Shown here piece by piece: positions 52,501 to 64,000 of a stretch of 64,000 nt of DNA (position 1 is the first letter of the stretch; each line of letters begins with the position of its first letter). The stretch lies in assembly GCA_025594325.1 (NCBI GenBank), contig JANHCV010000017.1, positions 186,001 to 250,000 on the forward strand. Direction: 5' to 3'. Both the position numbers and the translations under genes were made by a program. This DNA is from Blastocladiella emersonii ATCC 22665 (taxonomy: Eukaryota; Fungi; Blastocladiomycota). Below the pieces are notes generated by a model. That model searched no databases and was not told the DNA's origin. It saw nothing but the letters and a program-made list of their open reading frames with translations.

Positions 52501-52617
52501 AGTGACTACTAACGGAATGGTGATTGGCCCCCTTCACACGCTCCTGGCAGGACTGCGTGTGGGCGTGCGGGCGTTTGTGCGTGCGTGCCTTGATTCGTCC
52601 ACCATCATACGCGCAAA
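49549..52617. repeat. Unit U18, 3069 bp; 9 monomers (F^)
   Basis: J at 51517. Confidence 0.93.
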
Positions 52618-55272
52618 GTGACCAAGTGACCAAGTGACCAAGTGACCAAGGTGACCAAGGTGACCAAGGTGACCAAGGTGACCAAGGTGACCAAGTGACA
52701 CACAAGCACCAAGCTAGGGTGGCCGGGCGGCCATGGAACGTACTGCATGGGAACCATTACCGTGGACTGGCCGCGGCCATTTATCGCAGCACAGCCCTGC
52801 CTGGCTCAGGACGCGGCGGGCGTGGGAGGCAGGCAGGGTAGATCGGTAGCAGCAGCAGGACCTGGCTAGCTGGCTGTCAAACAACACAAGTGAAGGGGTG
52901 CGTGAGGGAGGGTGTGTTGAATGAATGGATGGGTGGATGCAGGCAGAGAGAGACCTTCATACGTGTCGTGGGTGATGAGGATTGGTTGGCCACCATCCAC
53001 CAACGCCATGGCATGGCTGCGGGTGTCGCTGCGTGCGCCTTGGCGGGTGGTGTTGGTGGGTGGGTGGTCTTGGTGGGTGCTGTGGTGGTAGTGGAGCTAG
53101 AGTGGTGCCGTGGGGCTCTTGGGGTCCCCTTTCCTTCCTGTCTGGCCTAGGTGGGTCGGCGGACGCAGCGCGCATGCGGGCAAGGTAACAACATTGCTCA
53201 CGCAATGGATCATGTATTTTATGGCAAGTAGTCTGCGAAGCAGAGACGGGGATGTCCGGCCCAATCGGACCCTCCACGGATCACAATATGCACGCAATGA
53301 ATTGACTGATGATAGGGATGTACCAAACCAGCCACGTAGACAATTGTCGTGGTTGTCGAACAAAACCATATTCAAATCTTTGGCAACGCGCCTGTCCAGC
53401 TAGCCAGGGACCCATGAATCACAGTATCGACCCAACAAGATATTAGACCATGGTAATATAGTAAACCAACCTCGTACATAATTGTCATGGTACTCAAACA
53501 AAACCATATTCAAGTCTTTGCTTTCCCGCATATCCAGCTGGCCAGGGACCCATAAATCACAGTATCGAACGAACAAGATATCTTACCATGGAAATATAGT
53601 TAACCAGCCACGCGGACAATTGTCATGGTACTCAATCGAGACCACATTCAAGTCTTTGCTCTCCCGCATGTCAAGCTGGTTGAAGGCCCATTAATCACAG
53701 TATCGACCCAACAAGATATTTGACCATGGAAACATAGTAAACCAGCCACGCGGATAATTGTCATGGTACTCAATCAAAACCATATTCAAGTCTTTGCTTT
53801 CCCGCACGTCCAGCTGGTTGAAGGCCCATAAATCACAGTATCGACCCAACAAAGTATCTGACAACCGAAATATAGCAGACAATCCACGCAGACAATTGTC
53901 ATGCCACCTAATCAAAACCATATTCAAGTCTTTGCTTTCCCACATGTCAAGCTGGTTGAAGGCCCATAAATCACAGTATCGAACCAACGAAATATCTGAC
54001 CATGGAAATATAGTAAAGCAGCCACGCAGATAATTGTCATGGTACTTAATCAAAACCATATTCATATTTTTGCTTCCCCGCATGTCAAGCTGGTTGAAGG
54101 CCCATAAATCACAGTATCGAACGAACAAGATATCTTACCATGGAAATATAGTTAACCAGCCACGCAAATGATTGTCATGCCACTTAATCAAAACCATACT
54201 CAAATGGTCGATTACCCTCACGTCCAAGCGGCCAAGGACCCAAACCGCCAGATACCCAAATCTACGACCACGTTGCGCACACTCCACTAGCCAACTCTTC
54301 GATCCCCTAATTATGGAGCCCGTCGTCAAAGTCCACGGTCCAATCAACGAGGTAAACAGCGAACTTGTCAAACTGCCAACCTGCCAACCAAACACCCACG
54401 CCGCTTCTCAAGCCACGGTGGGCCCGCGCATTTGCGTTGCCGTCCCAGCCAACGAAGGAATGACTGATGAGCCCTGGTAGCCTGCTAGACTGACAGCCTG
54501 ACAGCGCCCGCTCAGTTGCTATTATCTATCTCGTAGGTAGTCTGGGAGGAGTTCGTTAGTCGATACGCGACCAGTCTCCTCCTGGCTGCCCGCTCTGCTG
54601 CCATCTCCAAGGCCCGCATGAAGATGGGCCAGGGAGGTTTACGAGCATTTCCTATCTCTCCTCTCTCCGTGTGAAACCATTCACCCGCGGACGGATGCGC
54701 ACCACGCACCGTGCACCGCGCACCGCGCACCGCGCACCGCGCACCGTGCACCGCGCACCGCGCACCGCGCACAGCGCACCGCGGACAGCGCCCGATGCAC
54801 CACACGCTGCGCACACGGCGCCAACGGCCACGCTGGTGTCACGCACACACACTCGCATGAACGGCAAGCAGGCAAGGCTTCCTCAACTCAACCATGATCC
54901 ATCGTCCATGTCTGCTCGCTCCAACGGGTGCGCCTGCCTACCCTCCCAGTGCCATCGATTGATTGATTCATGTCCAGTGCTGCCCATGCTTTCATGGCCG
55001 CGGGGTCCGTCAGAACGCCTTGCAATGCGTGCGCCTGCATGCACCTGCACTGCAGAGCGCTGCAGAGGGCTGCACAGCGCTGCGGAGGGCTGCAGAGGGC
55101 TAAGGCGGCAGGGCTTCTCCTCCTGCAGGGGACAGTACCAAGGCCAAGGAGTGCTAGTGACTACTAACGGAATGGTGATTGGCCCCCTTCACACGCTCCT
55201 GGCAGGACTGCGTGTGGGCGTGCGGGCGTTTGTGCGTGCGTGCCTTGATTCGTCCACCATCATACGCGCAAA
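52618..55272. repeat. Unit U19, 2655 bp; A-B-C-G-H-I (6)
   Basis: G at 53758, J at 54172. Confidence 0.93.
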
Positions 55273-55361
55273 GTGACCAAGTGACCAAGTGACCAAGTGA
55301 CCAAGTGACCAAGTGACCAAGGTGACCAAGGTGACCAAGGTGACCAAGGTGACCAAGTGAC
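55273..55361. repeat. Variant tract (GTGACCAA)5(GTGACCAAG)4(GTGACCAA)GTGAC; also at 58349 and 61425
   Basis: Parsed directly; accounts for the +7 bp in U20-U22. Confidence 0.95.
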
Positions 55362-58348
55362 ACACAAGCACCAAGCTAGGGTGGCCGGGCGGCCATGGAA
55401 CGTACTGCATGGGAACCATTACCGTGGACTGGCCGCGGCCATTTATCGCAGCACAGCCCTGCCTGGCTCAGGACGCGGCGGGCGTGGGAGGCAGGCAGGG
55501 TAGATCGGTAGCAGCAGCAGGACCTGGCTAGCTGGCTGTCAAACAACACAAGTGAAGGGGTGCGTGAGGGAGGGTGTGTTGAATGAATGGATGGGTGGAT
55601 GCAGGCAGAGAGAGACCTTCATACGTGTCGTGGGTGATGAGGATTGGTTGGCCACCATCCACCAACGCCATGGCATGGCTGCGGGTGTCGCTGCGTGCGC
55701 CTTGGCGGGTGGTGTTGGTGGGTGGGTGGTCTTGGTGGGTGCTGTGGTGGTAGTGGAGCTAGAGTGGTGCCGTGGGGCTCTTGGGGTCCCCTTTCCTTCC
55801 TGTCTGGCCTAGGTGGGTCGGCGGACGCAGCGCGCATGCGGGCAAGGTAACAACATTGCTCACGCAATGGATCATGTATTTTATGGCAAGTAGTCTGCGA
55901 AGCAGAGACGGGGATGTCCGGCCCAATCGGACCCTCCACGGATCACAATATGCACGCAATGAATTGACTGATGATAGGGATGTACCAAACCAGCCACGTA
56001 GACAATTGTCGTGGTTGTCGAACAAAACCATATTCAAATCTTTGGCAACGCGCCTGTCCAGCTAGCCAGGGACCCATGAATCACAGTATCGACCCAACAA
56101 GATATTAGACCATGGTAATATAGTAAACCAACCTCGTACATAATTGTCATGGTACTCAAACAAAACCATATTCAAGTCTTTGCTTTCCCGCATATCCAGC
56201 TGGCCAGGGACCCATAAATCACAGTATCGAACGAACAAGATATCTTACCATGGAAATATAGTTAACCAGCCACGCGGACAATTGTCATGGTACTCAATCG
56301 AGACCACATTCAAGTCTTTGCTCTCCCGCATGTCAAGCTGGTTGAAGGCCCATTAATCACAGTATCGACCCAACAAGATATTTGACCATGGAAACATAGT
56401 AAACCAGCCACGCGGATAATTGTCATGGTACTCAATCAAAACCATATTCATATTTTTGCTTCCCCGTATGTCAAGCTGGTTGAAGACCCATAACTCACAG
56501 TATCGACCCAACAAGATATTTGACCATGGAAACATAGTAAACCAGCCACGCGGATAATTGTCATGGTACTCAATCAAAACCATATTCATATTTTTGCTTC
56601 CCCGCATGTCAAGCTGGTTGAAGACCCATAAATCACAGTATCGAACCAACAAAATATCTGACCATGGAAATATAGTTAACCAGCCACGCGGACAATTGTC
56701 ATGGTACTCAATCGAAACCACATTCAAGTCTTTGCTCTCCCGCATGTCAAGCTGGTTGAAGGCCCATTAATCACAGTATCGACCCAACAAGATATTTGAC
56801 CATGGAAACATAGTAAACCAGCCACGCGGATAATTGTCATGGTACTCAATCAAAACCATATTCAAGTCTTTGCTTTCCCGCACGTCCAGCTGGTTGAAGG
56901 CCCATAAATCACAGTATCGACCCAACAAAGTATCTGACAACCGAAATATAGCAGACAATCCACGCAGACAATTGTCATGCCACCTAATCAAAACCATATT
57001 CAAGTCTTTGCTTTCCCACATGTCAAGCTGGTTGAAGGCCCATAAATCACAGTATCGAACCAACGAAATATCTGACCATGGAAATATAGTAAAGCAGCCA
57101 CGCAGATAATTGTCATGGTACTTAATCAAAACCATATTCATATTTTTGCTTCCCCGCATGTCAAGCTGGTTGAAGGCCCATAAATCACAGTATCGAACGA
57201 ACAAGATATCTTACCATGGAAATATAGTTAACCAGCCACGCAAATGATTGTCATGCCACTTAATCAAAACCATACTCAAATGGTCGATTACCCTCACGTC
57301 CAAGCGGCCAAGGACCCAAACCGCCAGATACCCAAATCTACGACCACGTTGCGCACACTCCACTAGCCAACTCTTCGATCCCCTAATTATGGAGCCCGTC
57401 GTCAAAGTCCACGGTCCAATCAACGAGGTAAACAGCGAACTTGTCAAACTGCCAACCTGCCAACCAAACACCCACGCCGCTTCTCAAGCCACGGTGGGCC
57501 CGCGCATTTGCGTTGCCGTCCCAGCCAACGAAGGAATGACTGATGAGCCCTGGTAGCCTGCTAGACTGACAGCCTGACAGCGCCCGCTCAGTTGCTATTA
57601 TCTATCTCGTAGGTAGTCTGGGAGGAGTTCGTTAGTCGATACGCGACCAGTCTCCTCCTGGCTGCCCGCTCTGCTGCCATCTCCAAGGCCCGCATGAAGA
57701 TGGGCCAGGGAGGTTTACGAGCATTTCCTATCTCTCCTCTCTCCGTGTGAAACCATTCACCCGCGGACGGATGCGCACCACGCACCGTGCACCGCGCACC
57801 GCGCACCGCGCACCGCGCACCGTGCACCGCGCACCGCGCACCGCGCACAGCGCACCGCGGACAGCGCCCGATGCACCACACGCTGCGCACACGGCGCCAA
57901 CGGCCACGCTGGTGTCACGCACACACACTCGCATGAACGGCAAGCAGGCAAGGCTTCCTCAACTCAACCATGATCCATCGTCCATGTCTGCTCGCTCCAA
58001 CGGGTGCGCCTGCCTACCCTCCCAGTGCCATCGATTGATTGATTCATGTCCAGTGCTGCCCATGCTTTCATGGCCGCGGGGTCCGTCAGAACGCCTTGCA
58101 ATGCGTGCGCCTGCATGCACCTGCACTGCAGAGCGCTGCAGAGGGCTGCACAGCGCTGCGGAGGGCTGCAGAGGGCTAAGGCGGCAGGGCTTCTCCTCCT
58201 GCAGGGGACAGTACCAAGGCCAAGGAGTGCTAGTGACTACTAACGGAATGGTGATTGGCCCCCTTCACACGCTCCTGGCAGGACTGCGTGTGGGCGTGCG
58301 GGCGTTTGTGCGTGCGTGCCTTGATTCGTCCACCATCATACGCGCAAA
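55273..58348. repeat. Unit U20, 3076 bp; +7 GTGACCAA variant; 9 monomers (F^)
   Basis: 5 x 8-mer + 4 x 9-mer at the unit start; J at 57248. Confidence 0.93.
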
Positions 58349-61300
58349 GTGACCAAGTGACCAAGTGACCAAGTGACCAAGTGACCAAGTGACCAAGGTG
58401 ACCAAGGTGACCAAGGTGACCAAGGTGACCAAGTGACACACAAGCACCAAGCTAGGGTGGCCGGGCGGCCATGGAACGTACTGCATGGGAACCATTACCG
58501 TGGACTGGCCGCGGCCATTTATCGCAGCACAGCCCTGCCTGGCTCAGGACGCGGCGGGCGTGGGAGGCAGGCAGGGTAGATCGGTAGCAGCAGCAGGACC
58601 TGGCTAGCTGGCTGTCAAACAACACAAGTGAAGGGGTGCGTGAGGGAGGGTGTGTTGAATGAATGGATGGGTGGATGCAGGCAGAGAGAGACCTTCATAC
58701 GTGTCGTGGGTGATGAGGATTGGTTGGCCACCATCCACCAACGCCATGGCATGGCTGCGGGTGTCGCTGCGTGCGCCTTGGCGGGTGGTGTTGGTGGGTG
58801 GGTGGTCTTGGTGGGTGCTGTGGTGGTAGTGGAGCTAGAGTGGTGCCGTGGGGCTCTTGGGGTCCCCTTTCCTTCCTGTCTGGCCTAGGTGGGTCGGCGG
58901 ACGCAGCGCGCATGCGGGCAAGGTAACAACATTGCTCACGCAATGGATCATGTATTTTATGGCAAGTAGTCTGCGAAGCAGAGACGGGGATGTCCGGCCC
59001 AATCGGACCCTCCACGGATCACAATATGCACGCAATGAATTGACTGATGATAGGGATGTACCAAACCAGCCACGTAGACAATTGTCGTGGTTGTCGAACA
59101 AAACCATATTCAAATCTTTGGCAACGCGCCTGTCCAGCTAGCCAGGGACCCATGAATCACAGTATCGACCCAACAAGATATTAGACCATGGTAATATAGT
59201 AAACCAACCTCGTACATAATTGTCATGGTACTCAAACAAAACCATATTCAAGTCTTTGCTTTCCCGCATATCCAGCTGGCCAGGGACCCATAAATCACAG
59301 TATCGAACGAACAAGATATCTTACCATGGAAATATAGTTAACCAGCCACGCGGACAATTGTCATGGTACTCAATCGAGACCACATTCAAGTCTTTGCTCT
59401 CCCGCATGTCAAGCTGGTTGAAGGCCCATTAATCACAGTATCGACCCAACAAGATATTTGACCATGGAAACATAGTAAACCAGCCACGCGGATAATTGTC
59501 ATGGTACTCAATCAAAACCATATTCAAGTCTTTGCTTTCCCGCACGTCCAGCTGGTTGAAGACCCATAACTCACAGTATCGACCCAACAAGATATTTGAC
59601 CATGGAAACATAGTAAACCAGCCACGCGGATAATTGTCATGGTACTCAATCAAAACCATATTCATATTTTTGCTTCCCCGCATGTCAAGCTGGTTGAAGA
59701 CCCATAAATCACAGTATCGAACCAACAAAATATCTGACCATGGAAATATAGTTAACCAGCCACGCGGACAATTGTCATGGTACTCAATCGAAACCACATT
59801 CAAGTCTTTGCTCTCCCGCATGTCAAGCTGGTTGAAGGCCCATTAATCACAGTATCGACCCAACAAGATATTTGACCATGGAAACATAGTAAACCAGCCA
59901 CGCGGATAATTGTCATGGTACTCAATCAAAACCATATTCAAGTCTTTGCTTTCCCGCACGTCCAGCTGGTTGAAGGCCCATAAATCACAGTATCGACCCA
60001 ACAAAGTATCTGACAACCGAAATATAGCAGACAATCCACGCAGACAATTGTCATGCCACCTAATCAAAACCATATTCAAGTCTTTGCTTTCCCACATGTC
60101 AAGCTGGTTGAAGGCCCATAAATCACAGTATCGAACCAACGAAATATCTGACCATGGAAATATAGTAAAGCAGCCACGCAGATAATTGTCATGGTACTTA
60201 ATCAAAACCATATTCATATTTTTGCTTCCCCGCATGTCAAGCTGGTTGAAGGCCCATAAATCACAGTATCGAACGAACAAGATATCTTACCATGGAAATA
60301 TAGTTAACCAGCCACGCAAATGATTGTCATGCCACTTAATCAAAACCATACTCAAATGGTCGATTACCCTCACGTCCAAGCGGCCAAGGACCCAAACCGC
60401 CAGATACCCAAATCTACGACCACGTTGCGCACACTCCACTAGCCAACTCTTCGATCCCCTAATTATGGAGCCCGTCGTCAAAGTCCACGGTCCAATCAAC
60501 GAGGTAAACAGCGAACTTGTCAAACTGCCAACCTGCCAACCAAACACCCACGCCGCTTCTCAAGCCACGGTGGGCCCGCGCATTTGCGTTGCCGTCCCAG
60601 CCAACGAAGGAATGACTGATGAGCCCTGGTAGCCTGCTAGACTGACAGCCTGACAGCGCCCGCTCAGTTGCTATTATCTATCTCGTAGGTAGTCTGGGAG
60701 GAGTTCGTTAGTCGATACGCGACCAGTCTCCTCCTGGCTGCCCGCTCTGCTGCCATCTCCAAGGCCCGCATGAAGATGGGCCAGGGAGGTTTACGAGCAT
60801 TTCCTATCTCTCCTCTCTCCGTGTGAAACCATTCACCCGCGGACGGATGCGCACCACGCACCGTGCACCGCGCACCGCGCACCGCGCACCGCGCACCGTG
60901 CACCGCGCACCGCGCACCGCGCACAGCGCACCGCGGACAGCGCCCGATGCACCACACGCTGCGCACACGGCGCCAACGGCCACGCTGGTGTCACGCACAC
61001 ACACTCGCATGAACGGCAAGCAGGCAAGGCTTCCTCAACTCAACCATGATCCATCGTCCATGTCTGCTCGCTCCAACGGGTGCGCCTGCCTACCCTCCCA
61101 GTGCCATCGATTGATTGATTCATGTCCAGTGCTGCCCATGCTTTCATGGCCGCGGGGTCCGTCAGAACGCCTTGCAATGCGTGCGCCTGCATGCACCTGC
61201 ACTGCAGAGCGCTGCAGAGGGCTGCACAGCGCTGCGGAGGGCTGCAGAGGGCTAAGGCGGCAGGGCTTCTCCTCCTGCAGGGGACAGTACCAAGGCCAAG

Positions 61301-61424
61301 GAGTGCTAGTGACTACTAACGGAATGGTGATTGGCCCCCTTCACACGCTCCTGGCAGGACTGCGTGTGGGCGTGCGGGCGTTTGTGCGTGCGTGCCTTGA
61401 TTCGTCCACCATCATACGCGCAAA
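58349..61424. repeat. Unit U21, 3076 bp; +7 variant; 9 monomers with a G/D chimera at 59496
   Basis: ORF 59429-59821 reads QLDVRESKDL where other units read QLDIRGSKNM. Confidence 0.92.
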
Positions 61425-64000
61425 GTGACCAAGTGACCAAGTGACCAAGTGACCAAGTGACCAAGTGACCAAGGTGACCAAGGTGACCAAGGTGACCAAG
61501 GTGACCAAGTGACACACAAGCACCAAGCTAGGGTGGCCGGGCGGCCATGGAACGTACTGCATGGGAACCATTACCGTGGACTGGCCGCGGCCATTTATCG
61601 CAGCACAGCCCTGCCTGGCTCAGGACGCGGCGGGCGTGGGAGGCAGGCAGGGTAGATCGGTAGCAGCAGCAGGACCTGGCTAGCTGGCTGTCAAACAACA
61701 CAAGTGAAGGGGTGCGTGAGGGAGGGTGTGTTGAATGAATGGATGGGTGGATGCAGGCAGAGAGAGACCTTCATACGTGTCGTGGGTGATGAGGATTGGT
61801 TGGCCACCATCCACCAACGCCATGGCATGGCTGCGGGTGTCGCTGCGTGCGCCTTGGCGGGTGGTGTTGGTGGGTGGGTGGTCTTGGTGGGTGCTGTGGT
61901 GGTAGTGGAGCTAGAGTGGTGCCGTGGGGCTCTTGGGGTCCCCTTTCCTTCCTGTCTGGCCTAGGTGGGTCGGCGGACGCAGCGCGCATGCGGGCAAGGT
62001 AACAACATTGCTCACGCAATGGATCATGTATTTTATGGCAAGTAGTCTGCGAAGCAGAGACGGGGATGTCCGGCCCAATCGGACCCTCCACGGATCACAA
62101 TATGCACGCAATGAATTGACTGATGATAGGGATGTACCAAACCAGCCACGTAGACAATTGTCGTGGTTGTCGAACAAAACCATATTCAAATCTTTGGCAA
62201 CGCGCCTGTCCAGCTAGCCAGGGACCCATGAATCACAGTATCGACCCAACAAGATATTAGACCATGGTAATATAGTAAACCAACCTCGTACATAATTGTC
62301 ATGGTACTCAAACAAAACCATATTCAAGTCTTTGCTTTCCCGCATATCCAGCTGGCCAGGGACCCATAAATCACAGTATCGAACGAACAAGATATCTTAC
62401 CATGGAAATATAGTTAACCAGCCACGCGGACAATTGTCATGGTACTCAATCGAGACCACATTCAAGTCTTTGCTCTCCCGCATGTCAAGCTGGTTGAAGG
62501 CCCATTAATCACAGTATCGACCCAACAAGATATTTGACCATGGAAACATAGTAAACCAGCCACGCGGATAATTGTCATGGTACTCAATCAAAACCATATT
62601 CATATTTTTGCTTCCCCGTATGTCAAGCTGGTTGAAGACCCATAACTCACAGTATCGACCCAACAAGATATTTGACCATGGAAACATAGTAAACCAGCCA
62701 CGCGGATAATTGTCATGGTACTCAATCAAAACCATATTCATATTTTTGCTTCCCCGCATGTCAAGCTGGTTGAAGACCCATAAATCACAGTATCGAACCA
62801 ACAAAATATCTGACCATGGAAATATAGTTAACCAGCCACGCGGACAATTGTCATGGTACTCAATCGAAACCACATTCAAGTCTTTGCTCTCCCGCATGTC
62901 AAGCTGGTTGAAGGCCCATTAATCACAGTATCGACCCAACAAGATATTTGACCATGGAAACATAGTAAACCAGCCACGCGGATAATTGTCATGGTACTCA
63001 ATCAAAACCATATTCAAGTCTTTGCTTTCCCGCACGTCCAGCTGGTTGAAGGCCCATAAATCACAGTATCGACCCAACAAAGTATCTGACAACCGAAATA
63101 TAGCAGACAATCCACGCAGACAATTGTCATGCCACCTAATCAAAACCATATTCAAGTCTTTGCTTTCCCACATGTCAAGCTGGTTGAAGGCCCATAAATC
63201 ACAGTATCGAACCAACGAAATATCTGACCATGGAAATATAGTAAAGCAGCCACGCAGATAATTGTCATGGTACTTAATCAAAACCATATTCATATTTTTG
63301 CTTCCCCGCATGTCAAGCTGGTTGAAGGCCCATAAATCACAGTATCGAACGAACAAGATATCTTACCATGGAAATATAGTTAACCAGCCACGCAAATGAT
63401 TGTCATGCCACTTAATCAAAACCATACTCAAATGGTCGATTACCCTCACGTCCAAGCGGCCAAGGACCCAAACCGCCAGATACCCAAATCTACGACCACG
63501 TTGCGCACACTCCACTAGCCAACTCTTCGATCCCCTAATTATGGAGCCCGTCGTCAAAGTCCACGGTCCAATCAACGAGGTAAACAGCGAACTTGTCAAA
63601 CTGCCAACCTGCCAACCAAACACCCACGCCGCTTCTCAAGCCACGGTGGGCCCGCGCATTTGCGTTGCCGTCCCAGCCAACGAAGGAATGACTGATGAGC
63701 CCTGGTAGCCTGCTAGACTGACAGCCTGACAGCGCCCGCTCAGTTGCTATTATCTATCTCGTAGGTAGTCTGGGAGGAGTTCGTTAGTCGATACGCGACC
63801 AGTCTCCTCCTGGCTGCCCGCTCTGCTGCCATCTCCAAGGCCCGCATGAAGATGGGCCAGGGAGGTTTACGAGCATTTCCTATCTCTCCTCTCTCCGTGT
63901 GAAACCATTCACCCGCGGACGGATGCGCACCACGCACCGTGCACCGCGCACCGCGCACCGCGCACCGCGCACCGTGCACCGCGCACAGCGCACCGCGGAC
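61425..64000. repeat. Unit U22 (truncated by window end); +7 variant; 9 monomers (F^); 10 heptamers
   Basis: J at 63400; heptamer tract 63927-63996. Confidence 0.92.

Larger units (their letters stand above)
1..64000. repeat. Tandem macrosatellite array, unit 2655-3207 bp, about 22 copies, all in the same orientation
   Basis: The same ORF set recurs at anchors 326, 2981, 5636, 8291, 11070, 14125, 16904, 19683, 22752, 25407, 28476, 31131, 34200, 37269, 40476, 43545, 46614, 49821, 52890, 55552, 58628 and 61704. Spacings are 2655/2662/2779/3055/3069/3076/3207 = 2655 + n x 138, -14 or +7. Confidence 0.99.

Noticed and set aside
1-64000. rDNA/5S, spliced-leader, snRNA or tRNA tandem gene array
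   Set aside because: The unit size is suggestive, but I found none of the conserved motifs I know for 5S, 18S/28S, U1/U2/U5/U6, common SL exons or tRNA T-loops on either strand. A divergent RNA would need an Infernal/Rfam scan to exclude.

Overview
The whole 64 kb window is one head-to-tail tandem array (macrosatellite) of a 2.66-3.21 kb unit: 21 complete copies (U1-U21), most of a 22nd, and a 53-bp tail of a preceding copy. It looks eukaryotic (microsatellites, no gene-dense ORFs, CpG not depleted), but the organism cannot be identified from the sequence. Each unit contains, in order: a mixed GTGACCAA/GTGACCAAG tract; about 570 bp of G-rich unique sequence; an AT-rich (about 40% GC) cassette of 6-10 exact 138-bp monomers with degenerate half-monomers at both edges; C-rich unique sequence; a GCACCGC heptamer tract; and a CTGCAGAGSG decamer tract. 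All unit-length differences are explained by n x 138 bp, -14 bp (two heptamers) and +7 bp (two 8-mers gained, one 9-mer lost). The 138-bp monomers form an ordered set of distinguishable types (A-J) that are deleted, duplicated and chimerised in register from unit to unit, while the flanks are almost invariant. On the minus strand the monomers read as a 46-aa repeat (open up to 283 aa) interrupted by a few stops; whether this is or was a real gene is unresolved. No recognisable protein gene, rRNA, tRNA, snRNA, CRISPR array or transposase was found. Nearly all ORF-track entries are by-products of the repeats.
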